Assembly: GCA_034435035.1 (NCBI GenBank)
Contig: DAOTXW010000040.1
Coordinates: forward strand, 83,144-147,143
Source: Anaerolineae bacterium
GTDB taxonomy: Bacteria; Chloroflexota; Anaerolineae; Aggregatilineales; UBA3940
Reading direction: 5' to 3'
DNA: 64,000 nucleotides
Shown here piece after piece: positions 53,500 through 63,782 of this stretch. Made by a program: the position numbers and the translations under genes. The stretch's first letter is position 1. Every line of letters begins with the position of its first letter. The notes below the pieces were generated by a model. It ran no database searches. It was not told where the DNA came from and saw only the letters and a list, made by a program, of their open reading frames with translations.

Positions 53500-54078
53500 T
53501 CAGGACTCGCGGTGTGCCGGCTCCGGGCCAATCAGTGCGCCGGGCCGGACCACCCCGATGAAGGGCAGGTTGCGATAGTACTCGTCGATATCCAGACCGT
53601 AGCCGAAGACAAAAGCATCCTTAATGGCAAATCCCACGTAGTCCAGCCGGACATCGATCTCGCGCCGCTCGCTCTTGTCGAGCAGTGTACAGACACGGAG
53701 GCTGGCAGGGCGGCGTGCCTCCAGCAGGCGCAGCACCTGAGCCATTGTATGCCCGGAATCAATGATGTCTTCAACGATGAGGACATGTCGATTTTCGATA
53801 GACAGGTGGAGATCCATCAGGATACGCACGTCGCCCGGCGAACTGCGCACGCCGGTGCCATAGGAAGTGACATCCATGAAGTCTACGGTATGAGGCACGT
53901 CGATGCGGCGCATGAGGTCGGACATGAAAAGCATGCTGCCTTTCAGGATGCCAACCAGCATCAGAGAGCGGCCCTGATAGTCTGCTGTGATGGCGTGGCC
54001 CAGCTCGGTGATGCGCGCCTGCAGGCGATCCGCGTCAATCAGTACATAATCCAGCAGATCCTGGTATGGAGGAGGCAC
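53500..54078 (-). CDS. hpt: Hypoxanthine phosphoribosyltransferase
   Basis: GILKGSMLFMSDL, DFMDVTSYG, VLIVEDIIDSGHT, LLDK, FVFGYGLD. GTG at 54078 follows GGGAG. Confidence 0.93.
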   Translation of the reverse strand: MPPPYQDLLDYVLIDADRLQARITELGHAITADYQGRSLMLVGILKGSMLFMSDLMRRIDVPHTVDFMDVTSYGTGVRSSPGDVRILMDLHLSIENRHVLIVEDIIDSGHTMAQVLRLLEARRPASLRVCTLLDKSERREIDVRLDYVGFAIKDAFVFGYGLDIDEYYRNLPFIGVVRPGALIGPEPAHRES

Positions 54079-54182
54079 CCGACAACTCCCGGTTGCTTTC
54101 ACCTGCCCGGTGGTCGGCGCCCAACGCGGCAGCGCCGCCGGGACTTCATGATCGCAAGTATACGGCAGCCGCACAATCCTGA

Positions 54183-54773
54183 CTAGCCCTCGCTGCGCGG
54201 GCGTCCGGGAACCTGGTGGCAGTGCCGGCAGCGCGCCTCGTAGGATTCCCGGGCGCCGATGAGGATGATGGGATCGTCGTACTGCGCAGGCTGCCCGTTG
54301 ATCAGGCGCTGCGACCGGGAGGCTTCCTCTCCGCAGATCACGCAGATGGCATGCAGCTTGTCCACATGTTCGGCCTGCGCGATGAGAGCCGGCATCGGCC
54401 CGAAGGGCTCGGCGCGGAAGTCGAGGTCCAGGCCGGCGACGATGACGCGGATGCCGCGGCTTTCAGCGAGCCGGCTGCAGACTTCGACCAGGCTGCCGTC
54501 AAAGAACTGGGCCTCGTCGATGGCAACCACGGTTGTCCCGTCCTGGAGATGAGACCAGATATCGCTGGCCCGCTCGATCGATATCGCGTCCGTGGCCCGG
54601 CCATCGTGCGAGTTGATGCTGCTCGCGCTGTAGCGATCGTCGAGCAGCGGCTTGAAGACCTGAACAATCTGGCGGGCAATCTCCGCCCGCCGAACGCGGC
54701 GGATCAGCTCTTCAGACTTGCCGCTGAACATGCTGCCGCAGATCACCTCAACATGCCCCCGGTGATGTCTCAT
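54183..54773 (-). CDS. tdk: Thymidine kinase
   Basis: [49 protein letters not shown]. Confidence 0.96.
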   Translation of the reverse strand: MRHHRGHVEVICGSMFSGKSEELIRRVRRAEIARQIVQVFKPLLDDRYSASSINSHDGRATDAISIERASDIWSHLQDGTTVVAIDEAQFFDGSLVEVCSRLAESRGIRVIVAGLDLDFRAEPFGPMPALIAQAEHVDKLHAICVICGEEASRSQRLINGQPAQYDDPIILIGARESYEARCRHCHQVPGRPRSEG

Positions 54774-54887
54774 GATGCCTGTTTTGCTCCGCTGGTGGGA
54801 TGGTTTCAGAGTCAGGGCGCGGCCCCTGCGGAGATTCACAGGATGCCGCGCCCTCATTCCATGGCTACCCGTTCGGCAGGCGTCCGA

Positions 54888-55352
54888 TCAGCTCTCGCCA
54901 GACGGGACCGAATAACCGCGCGCGCGAAGCGTGCGCTTGAGGTCGATGAGTCCCTTCTGGCCGAAGCCCTTGATGCTCAGCAGGGCCTCATCGCCGCCCC
55001 GGGCGAAGGCTTCCAGCACGGCGCCGGCTGTGGTCAGGCCGGCCTCCGCGAGCGCCTTCTCGTTGCGGGCGCCCAGCGCCAGTTCTGTGATCGGCAGGTC
55101 TGGCGAAGTGCGCGCCTCGGCTGCCTCGCGCTCGGCGGTGATGCGCTGCTCGCGCGCCTGCAAGCGCTTCATGAAGCGATCAACCTGCCCCTCAGTGTCG
55201 ACAATGCGCTGCTCGCCTGTGAAGAACGGGTGGCAGTTGCTGCAGACGTCGGTGGAAATGCGCGGCACCGTCGAACCAGTCGTCCACGAGTTGCCGCAGG
55301 CGCAGGTGACCACGGCGTCAGGATACCATTTCGGGTGAATGTCGGGTTTCAC
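54888..55352 (-). CDS. rpmE: 50S ribosomal protein L31 (Zn-binding type) with a C-terminal RNAP-alpha-CTD-like HhH extension
   Basis: MKPDIHPKW...CACG...DVCSNCHPFFTGEQRIVDTEGQVDRF, plus about 75 extra residues. Confidence 0.93.
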   Translation of the reverse strand: MKPDIHPKWYPDAVVTCACGNSWTTGSTVPRISTDVCSNCHPFFTGEQRIVDTEGQVDRFMKRLQAREQRITAEREAAEARTSPDLPITELALGARNEKALAEAGLTTAGAVLEAFARGGDEALLSIKGFGQKGLIDLKRTLRARGYSVPSGES

Positions 55353-55464
55353 AGCTCAATCCTTTTTCGTAAGGCAACACGGCCCCGCCACCAAGGGCGG
55401 GGTAGCGTATTGCATCGATCCCCTGATCGCTGCCTGCCAGCGGAGAAGCTCAGACAGACGCGGC

Positions 55465-55734
55465 TTACCGAGCGTTGGGGTTCTCCGGGCGGATGCTGAT
55501 CAGGCGGCGGCCGCCGCGCCCGTATTCAAAGTGCACGTAGCCTTCGGACAGTGCAAACAGCGTGTAGTCACGGCCCATGCCCACGTTGGTGCCCGGGTGG
55601 AACCTGGTCCCGCACTGGCGCATCAAGATGTTGCCGGGGATGACGTGCTCGCCGCCAAAGCGCTTCACGCCGCGCATCTTGGGATTGCTATCGCGGCCGT
55701 TCCGGGTCGAGCCGCTGCCTTTCTTGTGTGCCAT
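55465..55734 (-). CDS. rpmA: 50S ribosomal protein L27
   Basis: [35 protein letters not shown]. Confidence 0.97.
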   Translation of the reverse strand: MAHKKGSGSTRNGRDSNPKMRGVKRFGGEHVIPGNILMRQCGTRFHPGTNVGMGRDYTLFALSEGYVHFEYGRGGRRLISIRPENPNAR

Positions 55735-55812
55735 CACTTTCCTCCCTGTGCCGGCGCCCGGGCGCCCGCCGCGCTCAGTGCGCGTGGGGCAGGGCGGGGC
55801 CGGCCCGGTTAA

Positions 55813-56199
55813 TTATTCCGCCGATGCCTGCCCGGCTTCTTCGGAGCCAGATGCCTGCGCCTTCCGGCTGCGGCCTGGCTTCTTGCCCGGTGCGCCGATG
55901 CCGGTGATCATCAGGCGCGTGTAGTACTGCCGATGGCCCTGCTTCCGGCGGTAGCGCTGCTTGGGCTTGAACTTGTAGACGATGATCTTCTTGCCGCGGA
56001 ACTGCTCAACCACCTCCGCCCGGACGACGCTGCCCTCCACCACGGGGCGGCCGATCACGGTGGCGGGGCCGTCGGCGACCAGCAGCACATCGCTGAACTC
56101 AAGCTTATCGCCCACCTGGCTGGCCAGGCGCTCGGTGACGATCGTCTGGCCGACCTCGGCATGGTACTGCTTGCCGCCAATGCGGACAATCGCGTACAT
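55813..56199 (-). CDS. rplU: 50S ribosomal protein L21
   Basis: [36 protein letters not shown]; short basic/acidic C-terminal tail. Confidence 0.97.
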   Translation of the reverse strand: MYAIVRIGGKQYHAEVGQTIVTERLASQVGDKLEFSDVLLVADGPATVIGRPVVEGSVVRAEVVEQFRGKKIIVYKFKPKQRYRRKQGHRQYYTRLMITGIGAPGKKPGRSRKAQASGSEEAGQASAE

Positions 56200-56304
56200 G
56201 GTGTCTCCGTTCTTCGCTTGCCGCCTGGGCGCGCGTCTCGCAAGAGCGGCCAGGGGAAGACGGTGCAGACTGAATTGTGCGCTCCGGCTGTGGAGCAAGG
56301 CAGG

Positions 56305-56333
56305 ATTATAGCGATCCCACCCATGCCTGTCAA
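56305..56333 (-). promoter_or_regulatory. Perfect-consensus sigma70 promoter of rplU-rpmA
   Basis: TTGACA (56333-56328), 17 nt, TATAAT (56310-56305) on the minus strand. Confidence 0.88.
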
Positions 56334-56711
56334 CGGCAGCCAGGGCCGGGGAGGCTCAGGCCGGGCAGGGGCGGCGCGGGCCGATCTGATCAAACGATCC
56401 ATTGACCGAATGGCGATCCGGCTGTAGGCTGGACAGGGCGGCGCGGGCCGCTGCGGCGTTCCGTAACGACAGAACGGGATTCTGTCGGGACGGGCGACCT
56501 GCGAAAAAAGTGACATTCTGTAACGCCCGACGATCTATTTCGTCGGGACGAAAGGGCCCGGCGGACCCCCTGCTGTACCTGAGATGGATTCACAATCCCT
56601 GCATGATGTGATGGCGCCGGAGCAGGCACCAACAGGCACGCCTTTTGTCACGCCGATGCGGGCGTTTCGTCGAGCGCTAAGGCCCTGCAGAGGCCGCCGA
56701 CCGGGCACCTG

Positions 56712-56771
56712 TTGAAATGCCGCCGGCGGGGCGCTATAGTTAGCAGGGCTAATGATTGGGCAGGCTAACTA
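56712..56771 (+). promoter_or_regulatory. marR promoter with two overlapping palindromic operators
   Basis: TTGAAA (56712-17), 17 nt, TATAGT (56735-40). tagttagc-agg-gctaatga (56737-55) and tgattggg-cag-gctaacta (56753-71). Confidence 0.75.
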
Positions 56772-56790
56772 ATCTCCGGCGGAGGCCGCG

Positions 56791-57264
56791 ATGGCAGGCA
56801 GCGCTGCAGACGAGACCGCACACGAAATCCTGCAGGTGATCCCGCTGGTGATGCGGGTGCTGGCCGCCGAACTGCGGCAGTCCGGCTGCCTGGAGCCGGC
56901 GCACCTGCGCGCCCTGACGATGCTGGGCCACCGCACCTGCACGCTCTCCGAACTGGCAGACGCGCAGGCAGTGAGCCTGCCGACAGCCTCCAACTCGATC
57001 ACGGCGCTGGAGGATCGCGGCTGGGTGCGGCGTACCCGTTCGGATCAGGATCGGCGGGTGGTGAGGGTGGAACTGACAGCGCAAGGCCGACAGGCGGTCG
57101 AGGATGCACACCGGCAGGCGGAGGCCCGGCTGCGCGCGCTGCTGGACAGCCTGAGCCCCGGCGAAATGGAGACTCTGCGGGCCGGGCTGGCGCTGCTGCG
57201 ACAGATGTTCGGCGCGGGCCGGCAGGCTACCCGGACGGAGCCAGCCCGCACCGGCCACGAATGA
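56791..57264 (+). CDS. MarR-family transcriptional regulator
   Basis: TLSELADAQAVSLPTASNSITALEDRGWVRR...DRRVVRVELTAQG; GGAGG RBS. Confidence 0.95.
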   Translation: MAGSAADETAHEILQVIPLVMRVLAAELRQSGCLEPAHLRALTMLGHRTCTLSELADAQAVSLPTASNSITALEDRGWVRRTRSDQDRRVVRVELTAQGRQAVEDAHRQAEARLRALLDSLSPGEMETLRAGLALLRQMFGAGRQATRTEPARTGHE

Positions 57265-57282
57265 CAATCGAAAGGAAGCACT

Positions 57283-59151
57283 TTGCAGAATCAGGCTACG
57301 CGACCCTGGACACCCCGGCGCAGCCAGACAGCTAAAGCGCCGGCGCTGGGCCGGGCCATCCGCTACCTAGGCGGACACCGGGCCAGCACGGCGATGGCGT
57401 ACGGCGCGCTGCTGATCGCCTCGGCGGCGCAGCTGGCCGTCCCGCAGCTGGTACAGAACATGATCGACGCGATCACCCGCGCGGGCGGCGCCGGTGGGCG
57501 CCCCCTGGACGCGACGCAGGCGGAACCGCTGCTGATCAACGCCGCGCTGCTGATCGTGGCGTTTGCCGCCCTGCGCGGGCTGTTTTCGTTCGCCCAGGCG
57601 TATATGGCCGAGAAGACCTCGCAGGGCGTGGCATTTGACTTCCGCAATGAGATCTTCGCCAAGATCCAGCGGCTGTCTTTCAGCTACCATGACCGCAACC
57701 AGACCGGGCAGCTGATGATCCGCGCCACCGACGATGTGGAGAAGCTGCGGCTGTTCATCGCCCAGGGGCTGATGCTGGCAGCACAGGCCTTCCTGCTGCT
57801 GGCCGGGGCGCTGATCGTGCTGCTGGCGACCAACTGGCGGCTGATGCTGGCGATCGCGCCTGTGCTGCCACTGGCGCTGGCGCTCTTTATGATCTTCGGG
57901 CGGATCAGCCAGCCGCTGTTTGCAGAAGTGCAGAAGCGCATTTCGGCGCTGAACACGGTGCTGCAGGAGAGCCTGGCGGGCATCAAGGTGGTAAAAGCCT
58001 TCGCCCGCGAGGCGTATGTCCAGCAGCGGTTCGACGACGCGGCGGAGGCGCTGTTAGCCCAGAGCCTGAAGGTCAGCCGCACCTTCGCCTTCCTGTTTCC
58101 GCTGATCTTCCTGATCGCCCAGATCGGGCAGGCGGTGATCCTGTATGCCGGCGGCCGGCAGATCCTGGCGGGGACGCTGAACCTGGGCGAATACCAGAAG
58201 TTCAGCCTGTACCTGGTGTACGTGTTCTTCCCGCTGGGACAGCTGGGATTCATCATCTCGCTGATGTCGCAGGCGTCGGCCTCGGCGACACGCATCTTCG
58301 AGATCCTCGATGCTCAGAGCGAGGTGACCGACAGGCCGGGCGCGGCGGTGCTGCCGCCGATCCAGGGGCGGGTGGCATTTGAGAACGTCACCTTCCGCTA
58401 CTTCAACGCGGCGGAACCCGTGCTGCGTGGAGTCAGCTTCACGGCAGAGCCGGGGCAGACTATCGCCCTGCTGGGGGCAACCGGCAGCGGCAAGACGACG
58501 ATCATTAACCTGATTCCGCGCTTCTACGACGTGTCGGAGGGAAGGGTTCTGGTGGATGGACACGATGTGCGGGATGTGACGCTTGACTCGCTGCGCGGCC
58601 AGATCGGCATCGTGCTGCAGGAAACCAACCTGTTCAGCGGCACCATCCGGGAGAACATCGCGTTCGGGAGGCCGCAGGCCAGCCTGGAAGAGGTGATGGA
58701 GGCGGCCCGGGCGGCGGCGGCGCACGAATTCATCATGAGCTTCCCGGAAGGCTATGATACGCCGGTGGGGGAGCGGGGCGTCACCCTTTCGGGAGGGCAG
58801 AAACAGCGGATCGCCATCGCCCGGGCCCTGCTGCTGGATCCCCGCCTGCTGATCCTGGACGACTCGACCAGCAGCGTCGATGTATCGACCGAAGCGCAGA
58901 TTCAGCGGGCGCTTGACCGGCTGATGCAGGGGCGGACGAGCTTCGTGATCGCCCAGCGCATCAGCACCGTGCTGAACGCCGACCAGATCCTGGTGCTGGA
59001 TCGCGGCCGCGTGGCCGCGCAGGGCACGCATGCTGAGCTGATGGAGACCAGCCCGATCTATGCTGAAATCTACGCGTCGCAGCTGATGGATGACGGGGCG
59101 GCAGGCGCCGCTGAACCGCTGTCACCTGTGACTCCCCGGGAGGCCCGGTAA
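57283..59151 (+). CDS. ABC exporter half-transporter (TMD+NBD), degenerate-site subunit
   Basis: GATGSGKTT, LSGGQKQ, Walker B LLILDD (E to D), switch IAQR (H to Q); TTG start after AAGGA. Confidence 0.93.
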   Translation: MQNQATRPWTPRRSQTAKAPALGRAIRYLGGHRASTAMAYGALLIASAAQLAVPQLVQNMIDAITRAGGAGGRPLDATQAEPLLINAALLIVAFAALRGLFSFAQAYMAEKTSQGVAFDFRNEIFAKIQRLSFSYHDRNQTGQLMIRATDDVEKLRLFIAQGLMLAAQAFLLLAGALIVLLATNWRLMLAIAPVLPLALALFMIFGRISQPLFAEVQKRISALNTVLQESLAGIKVVKAFAREAYVQQRFDDAAEALLAQSLKVSRTFAFLFPLIFLIAQIGQAVILYAGGRQILAGTLNLGEYQKFSLYLVYVFFPLGQLGFIISLMSQASASATRIFEILDAQSEVTDRPGAAVLPPIQGRVAFENVTFRYFNAAEPVLRGVSFTAEPGQTIALLGATGSGKTTIINLIPRFYDVSEGRVLVDGHDVRDVTLDSLRGQIGIVLQETNLFSGTIRENIAFGRPQASLEEVMEAARAAAAHEFIMSFPEGYDTPVGERGVTLSGGQKQRIAIARALLLDPRLLILDDSTSSVDVSTEAQIQRALDRLMQGRTSFVIAQRISTVLNADQILVLDRGRVAAQGTHAELMETSPIYAEIYASQLMDDGAAGAAEPLSPVTPREAR

Positions 59152-59156
59152 CCACC

Positions 59157-61076
59157 ATGATGGGACAACTCGACGGCGGGCGCCGTCTGCTGGACCGAGA
59201 AACGAGCAAACCAGCCCATGTGGCCGCCACGCTGGCGCGGTTCTGGCTTTACTTCCGCCAGCGCTGGTACGCGCTGGTGATTGTGCTGATCCTGCTGGCA
59301 GCCAGCACCTGGACGCAGGTGATCTCGCCGGCGCTGATCGGGCAAGCTGTAGACTGCTACCTGGTCCCGGCGGGGCCGGAGCGCTGCTGGTACGCGGCCC
59401 AAGACATGACCACGGCCTCTCTGGAAGCGCGTGCCACCGGTCTGGGCGGCCTGGTCGGCAGCCTGGTCGGGCTGTACGCGCTGGGGGCGGCGCTGACGGG
59501 GGCGATGTTCTACACGATGACCTGGGTGGGGCAGTCGGCCCTGCGGCAGATCCGGGTGGAGGTGTTCCGCCACCTGCAGCGGCTGTCGCTGGGCTACTAC
59601 GCCGAGAACGAGGCGGGCAACCTGATGAGCCGCTTCACCAGCGACGCGGAGACCATCCAGCAGGTGCTGACCTTCGCGCTGGTGCAGGTGATCAGCGGGG
59701 CGCTGCTGATCGTATGGATCACCGCCGCGATGGTGCGGATCAACCTGCCCTATGCGCTGCTGAGCCTGAGCGTGGTGCCGTTCATGGTGCTGGCGACGGT
59801 GTATTTCTCCAGCCAGGCCCGGCAAGCCTTCAGGCGCAGCCGGCGCGAGATGGGCAGCGTGAATGCCGATCTGCAGGAGAGCATCGCCGGGGTGCGAGAG
59901 ACGCAGGCCTTCAGCCGGGAGGACGAGAACATCAGCAGCTTCCGGCAGACTAACGCGGCCAACCGGGACGCCAACATCCGGGCGGCGGCCTTCACCAGCG
60001 CGCTGTCGCCGGTGCTGGAAGCCCTGGGGTACCTGGGGCTGGCTATCGTGGTGGTGGCAGGCGGACTTTCGCTGCTGCGGGATGAGCCGCTGCCGGGCGC
60101 GACGGTGGTCTCGCTGGGGACGGTGATCGTCTTCATCCAGTACACGCAGCGCTTCAACCAGCCGATCCAGCAGATCGCGGTGCTGTGGACGAACATCCAG
60201 AGCGCCATCGCCGGCGGCGAGCGCATCTTCGGGCTGCTGGACGTCGTGCCGGATATTGTGGATCGGGCCGATGCCCGCGTGATGCCGCGGATCACCGGCC
60301 GGGTGGAGTTTGAAAATGTCTCGGCGGCGTACAAGATAGGGCAGCCGGTGCTGCGCGGGGTGTCATTCACGGCGGAGCCCGGGCAGGTCGTTGCCATTGT
60401 GGGGCCGACAGGGGCCGGCAAGACGACAATCATCAACCTGATTCCGCGCTTCTACGATGTCACGGCGGGGGCGGTCCGGATCGACGGGATCGATGTGCGG
60501 GATGTCACCGCGGAGAGCCTGCGGCAGCAGATCGGGATCGTGCTGCAGGATACATTCCTGTTTGCGGACAGCGTGATGAACAACATCCGCTACGGGCGGC
60601 TGGACGCGACTGACGAGGAAGTCATGGCGGCGGCGCGGCTGGCTTCGGCGGATGGATTCATCGAGCGGCTGCCGGAGGGCTACCAGACGGTGCTGGGGGA
60701 GCGCGGCGGGGGGCTGAGTCAGGGACAGCGGCAGCTGATCGCCATCGCCCGGGCGGCGCTGGCCGATCCGCGCATCCTGATCCTGGACGAGGCAACCTCC
60801 AGCGTCGATACGCGGACGGAGCGGCTGATCCAGCAGGCGCTGCAGAAGCTGCTGGAAGGACGGACGAGCTTCGTGATCGCGCACCGGCTGAGCACGATCC
60901 GCAACGCCGACCAGGTGCTGATGCTGCAGGAGGGCCAGATCGTCGAACGGGGCACCCATGCGGAGCTGATGGCGCGGCGCGGGGCCTACTACGATCTGAC
61001 GATGAGCCAGTTTCGCCATGAGGAAGCGGAAGGGCAGCCCGGCGGCACGCAGGCACCTGTCCCGGCGGGCGACTGA
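59157..61076 (+). CDS. ABC exporter half-transporter (TMD+NBD), consensus-site subunit of a TM287/288-like heterodimer
   Basis: GPTGAGKTT, LSQGQRQ, ILILDE, IAHRLST. Confidence 0.93.
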   Translation: MMGQLDGGRRLLDRETSKPAHVAATLARFWLYFRQRWYALVIVLILLAASTWTQVISPALIGQAVDCYLVPAGPERCWYAAQDMTTASLEARATGLGGLVGSLVGLYALGAALTGAMFYTMTWVGQSALRQIRVEVFRHLQRLSLGYYAENEAGNLMSRFTSDAETIQQVLTFALVQVISGALLIVWITAAMVRINLPYALLSLSVVPFMVLATVYFSSQARQAFRRSRREMGSVNADLQESIAGVRETQAFSREDENISSFRQTNAANRDANIRAAAFTSALSPVLEALGYLGLAIVVVAGGLSLLRDEPLPGATVVSLGTVIVFIQYTQRFNQPIQQIAVLWTNIQSAIAGGERIFGLLDVVPDIVDRADARVMPRITGRVEFENVSAAYKIGQPVLRGVSFTAEPGQVVAIVGPTGAGKTTIINLIPRFYDVTAGAVRIDGIDVRDVTAESLRQQIGIVLQDTFLFADSVMNNIRYGRLDATDEEVMAAARLASADGFIERLPEGYQTVLGERGGGLSQGQRQLIAIARAALADPRILILDEATSSVDTRTERLIQQALQKLLEGRTSFVIAHRLSTIRNADQVLMLQEGQIVERGTHAELMARRGAYYDLTMSQFRHEEAEGQPGGTQAPVPAGD

Positions 61077-61100
61077 GGCAGGCGCGCTGCCCAGGCGGCT

Positions 61101-62990
61101 TCAGGGCTGGACCCGTCGCAGAATGGCGGCTGTGATCGCCTGGCGGCTCAGGCCGTGCTCGTTGCGGAAAACCAGCACCAGCGGATGATCGTAGACGGTA
61201 AAGGACTCATCCGCCGGGCCGAGCGAGAGCGCCGGGGCAGGGGGCGCCAGGCCCGGATCTGCCAGACGGGGCCACACGAGCGTGTCGTCAAACAGCGTCA
61301 GGCCGAAGATCTGCGGGTAGCGTGAGAAAGTACGCTCCAGGCGGAAGCCCAGTTCGCCGGCAAAGAGGGCGCGATAATAGGCCGCTGTCAGGGGGTAGCG
61401 GTCGTGCAGGCGGGGGATGACCCCATACAGACGGCTGCTGGAGAGGATGATGTAGTCGGCGCCGGCCACCTGATCGGCCAGGGCGGCGAGCTTCCGGCGA
61501 TCATCCGGCTCGGCGAAGGGGTCGATCAGGCGGCTGCTGACAAATCCCTCGCGGAGGTAGCCGCGGCCGTCGAGGGTCAGGTCGAGCGGCAGGGGGTCGT
61601 CCCAGCGCTCGGAGACGATGCGCACGCCGGGCGGCAGTTCGCGGTAGATCCATCGGCTGGCGGCAATCCAGGGGTGGGGAGCCGCATACATCTGCATGAA
61701 CGCCCCCGCGTAGAGCAGGGTGGGGAGCAGCACCGCCACCCCAACAGCCACCTGCCTGCGTGGGCGGCCGGCGAGCCCGGGCGACGAGACGATCAGGCCG
61801 CCCACGAGGGCGAACCACGCCGGGGTGGCCGGCAACAGATAGCGCGGGAACTTCACCAGCTGCAACCCCACAGAGATCAACACCCCCCAGGACCAGACTG
61901 CAACGACCAGCCCATCGGGCCGGGGGCGGCGCAGGGCGGAGGCTCCGGCCCACAGCAGGGCGGCGAGCGACGCCGCCGTGAGCGGGAGTCCCAGAGTCCA
62001 GCGGGCCTGCTGGTCGAGCACATAGAGCAGCGGCGGAGTGCCCAGGTACTGGCGGGTGAACGGCCAGTCGGCGGCGCCTGAGATCACAGCGGCCTGCCCC
62101 CCGACCGCTGCCAGGAAGGTCGGGGCATCCAGGAGGGCGTAGGGATTGGTGAGAACAAAAACCGCTGCGGCCAGACCCAGCGCCAGCCAGAGGGCCGGCG
62201 GATCGCGCGGGGCGGGCCAGCGGATCGCTGCCTGGCCGGGGACGCGGCCTGCCGGGAACCCCCAATGGGCGGCCAGCAGCGGGACGGCCAGCAGGCCGGC
62301 GCTGGCCTTGCAGGCGATGGCCAGACCGGCGCAGAGACCGGCTGCCAGACTGGCGGCACGCCGCTCCGTGCGGGCATAGATCGCGAGCTGCCAGATCGTC
62401 AGGGTCGAGAAAAGGGCCAGCGGCGCATCCACCGTGCCGAAGTGCGCGTTCTGAATGTGCAGGACGGCCAGAGCGCCGCAGGCCGCAGCCACCAGGCCCG
62501 CAGCGGGACTGTACAGATCGCGAGCCAGCCAGTAGATCACCAGGACGGTAGCGGAATCCGCCAGGGCGGACAGCGCACGGCCAACCCAGGTGAGATGGGT
62601 ATAGCGGTCGGCGCCGGCTACGTTCAGCAGGCGGCCCGGCAGCGAGTCCGGGGGGAGGGAAGCGCACAGGCGCCCGCCGGGCGCGCATACAAGGCGGAGG
62701 AGCGCCCCCATGCCCACTTCTGCGTACAGCGGCAGATGCCCGTACGCATAGCCCTCAGGCTGGCCGTCGGGGCGGCGCAGGGGGTTCAACGATGAGTGAG
62801 GAGCATCAAGCGCCGCGGCGGGGCTGGCGGGGAAGTCCAGGCGGCTGGCGATGAACAGGATGGCGCGCTCATCGGGGTGCAGCTGGCTCCCGCCATCCCA
62901 GCCCAGATGGCTGAAGCGCAAACAGGCGCCGATCAGCACAACAGCGGCCACCGCGAGGCGCCTGATCGGGGTGGGGAGGGCGGTCTGCAT
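61101..62990 (-). CDS. Stand-alone GT39/PMT_2-like GT-C glycosyltransferase
   Basis: WDGGSQLHPDERAIL, YAYGHLP, AHFGTVD, VKFPRYLLP, WDDPLP, YYRALFAGELGF, TVYDHP. Confidence 0.87.
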   Translation of the reverse strand: MQTALPTPIRRLAVAAVVLIGACLRFSHLGWDGGSQLHPDERAILFIASRLDFPASPAAALDAPHSSLNPLRRPDGQPEGYAYGHLPLYAEVGMGALLRLVCAPGGRLCASLPPDSLPGRLLNVAGADRYTHLTWVGRALSALADSATVLVIYWLARDLYSPAAGLVAAACGALAVLHIQNAHFGTVDAPLALFSTLTIWQLAIYARTERRAASLAAGLCAGLAIACKASAGLLAVPLLAAHWGFPAGRVPGQAAIRWPAPRDPPALWLALGLAAAVFVLTNPYALLDAPTFLAAVGGQAAVISGAADWPFTRQYLGTPPLLYVLDQQARWTLGLPLTAASLAALLWAGASALRRPRPDGLVVAVWSWGVLISVGLQLVKFPRYLLPATPAWFALVGGLIVSSPGLAGRPRRQVAVGVAVLLPTLLYAGAFMQMYAAPHPWIAASRWIYRELPPGVRIVSERWDDPLPLDLTLDGRGYLREGFVSSRLIDPFAEPDDRRKLAALADQVAGADYIILSSSRLYGVIPRLHDRYPLTAAYYRALFAGELGFRLERTFSRYPQIFGLTLFDDTLVWPRLADPGLAPPAPALSLGPADESFTVYDHPLVLVFRNEHGLSRQAITAAILRRVQP

Positions 62991-63011
62991 GCGCCGCGTC
63001 CTTCATCAACA

Positions 63012-63040
63012 ACGCGCCAGGGGGGCTACCCGCTGGCGCG
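63012..63040. terminator. Hairpin between livF and the GT-C gene
   Basis: 9-bp stem acgcgccag/ctggcgcgt; no clear U-tract. Confidence 0.4.
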
Positions 63041-63068
63041 TCCGGGAATGGCCTGCCTGCTGCCCGCG

Positions 63069-63781
<713 letters not shown>

Positions 63782-63782
<1 letters not shown>

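Noticed and set aside
55383-55402. 7-bp hairpin upstream of rpmE as a possible L31 leader or terminator
   Set aside because: A single short GC stem with no U-tract; insufficient evidence.
54216-55499. 427-aa plus-strand ORF spanning tdk and rpmE
   Set aside because: Antisense to two conserved genes with very high GC3; the translation has no recognisable features.
56402-56632. Small ORFs (69 aa on +, 80 aa on -) in the rplU-marR gap
   Set aside because: No RBS, atypical composition and no motifs.
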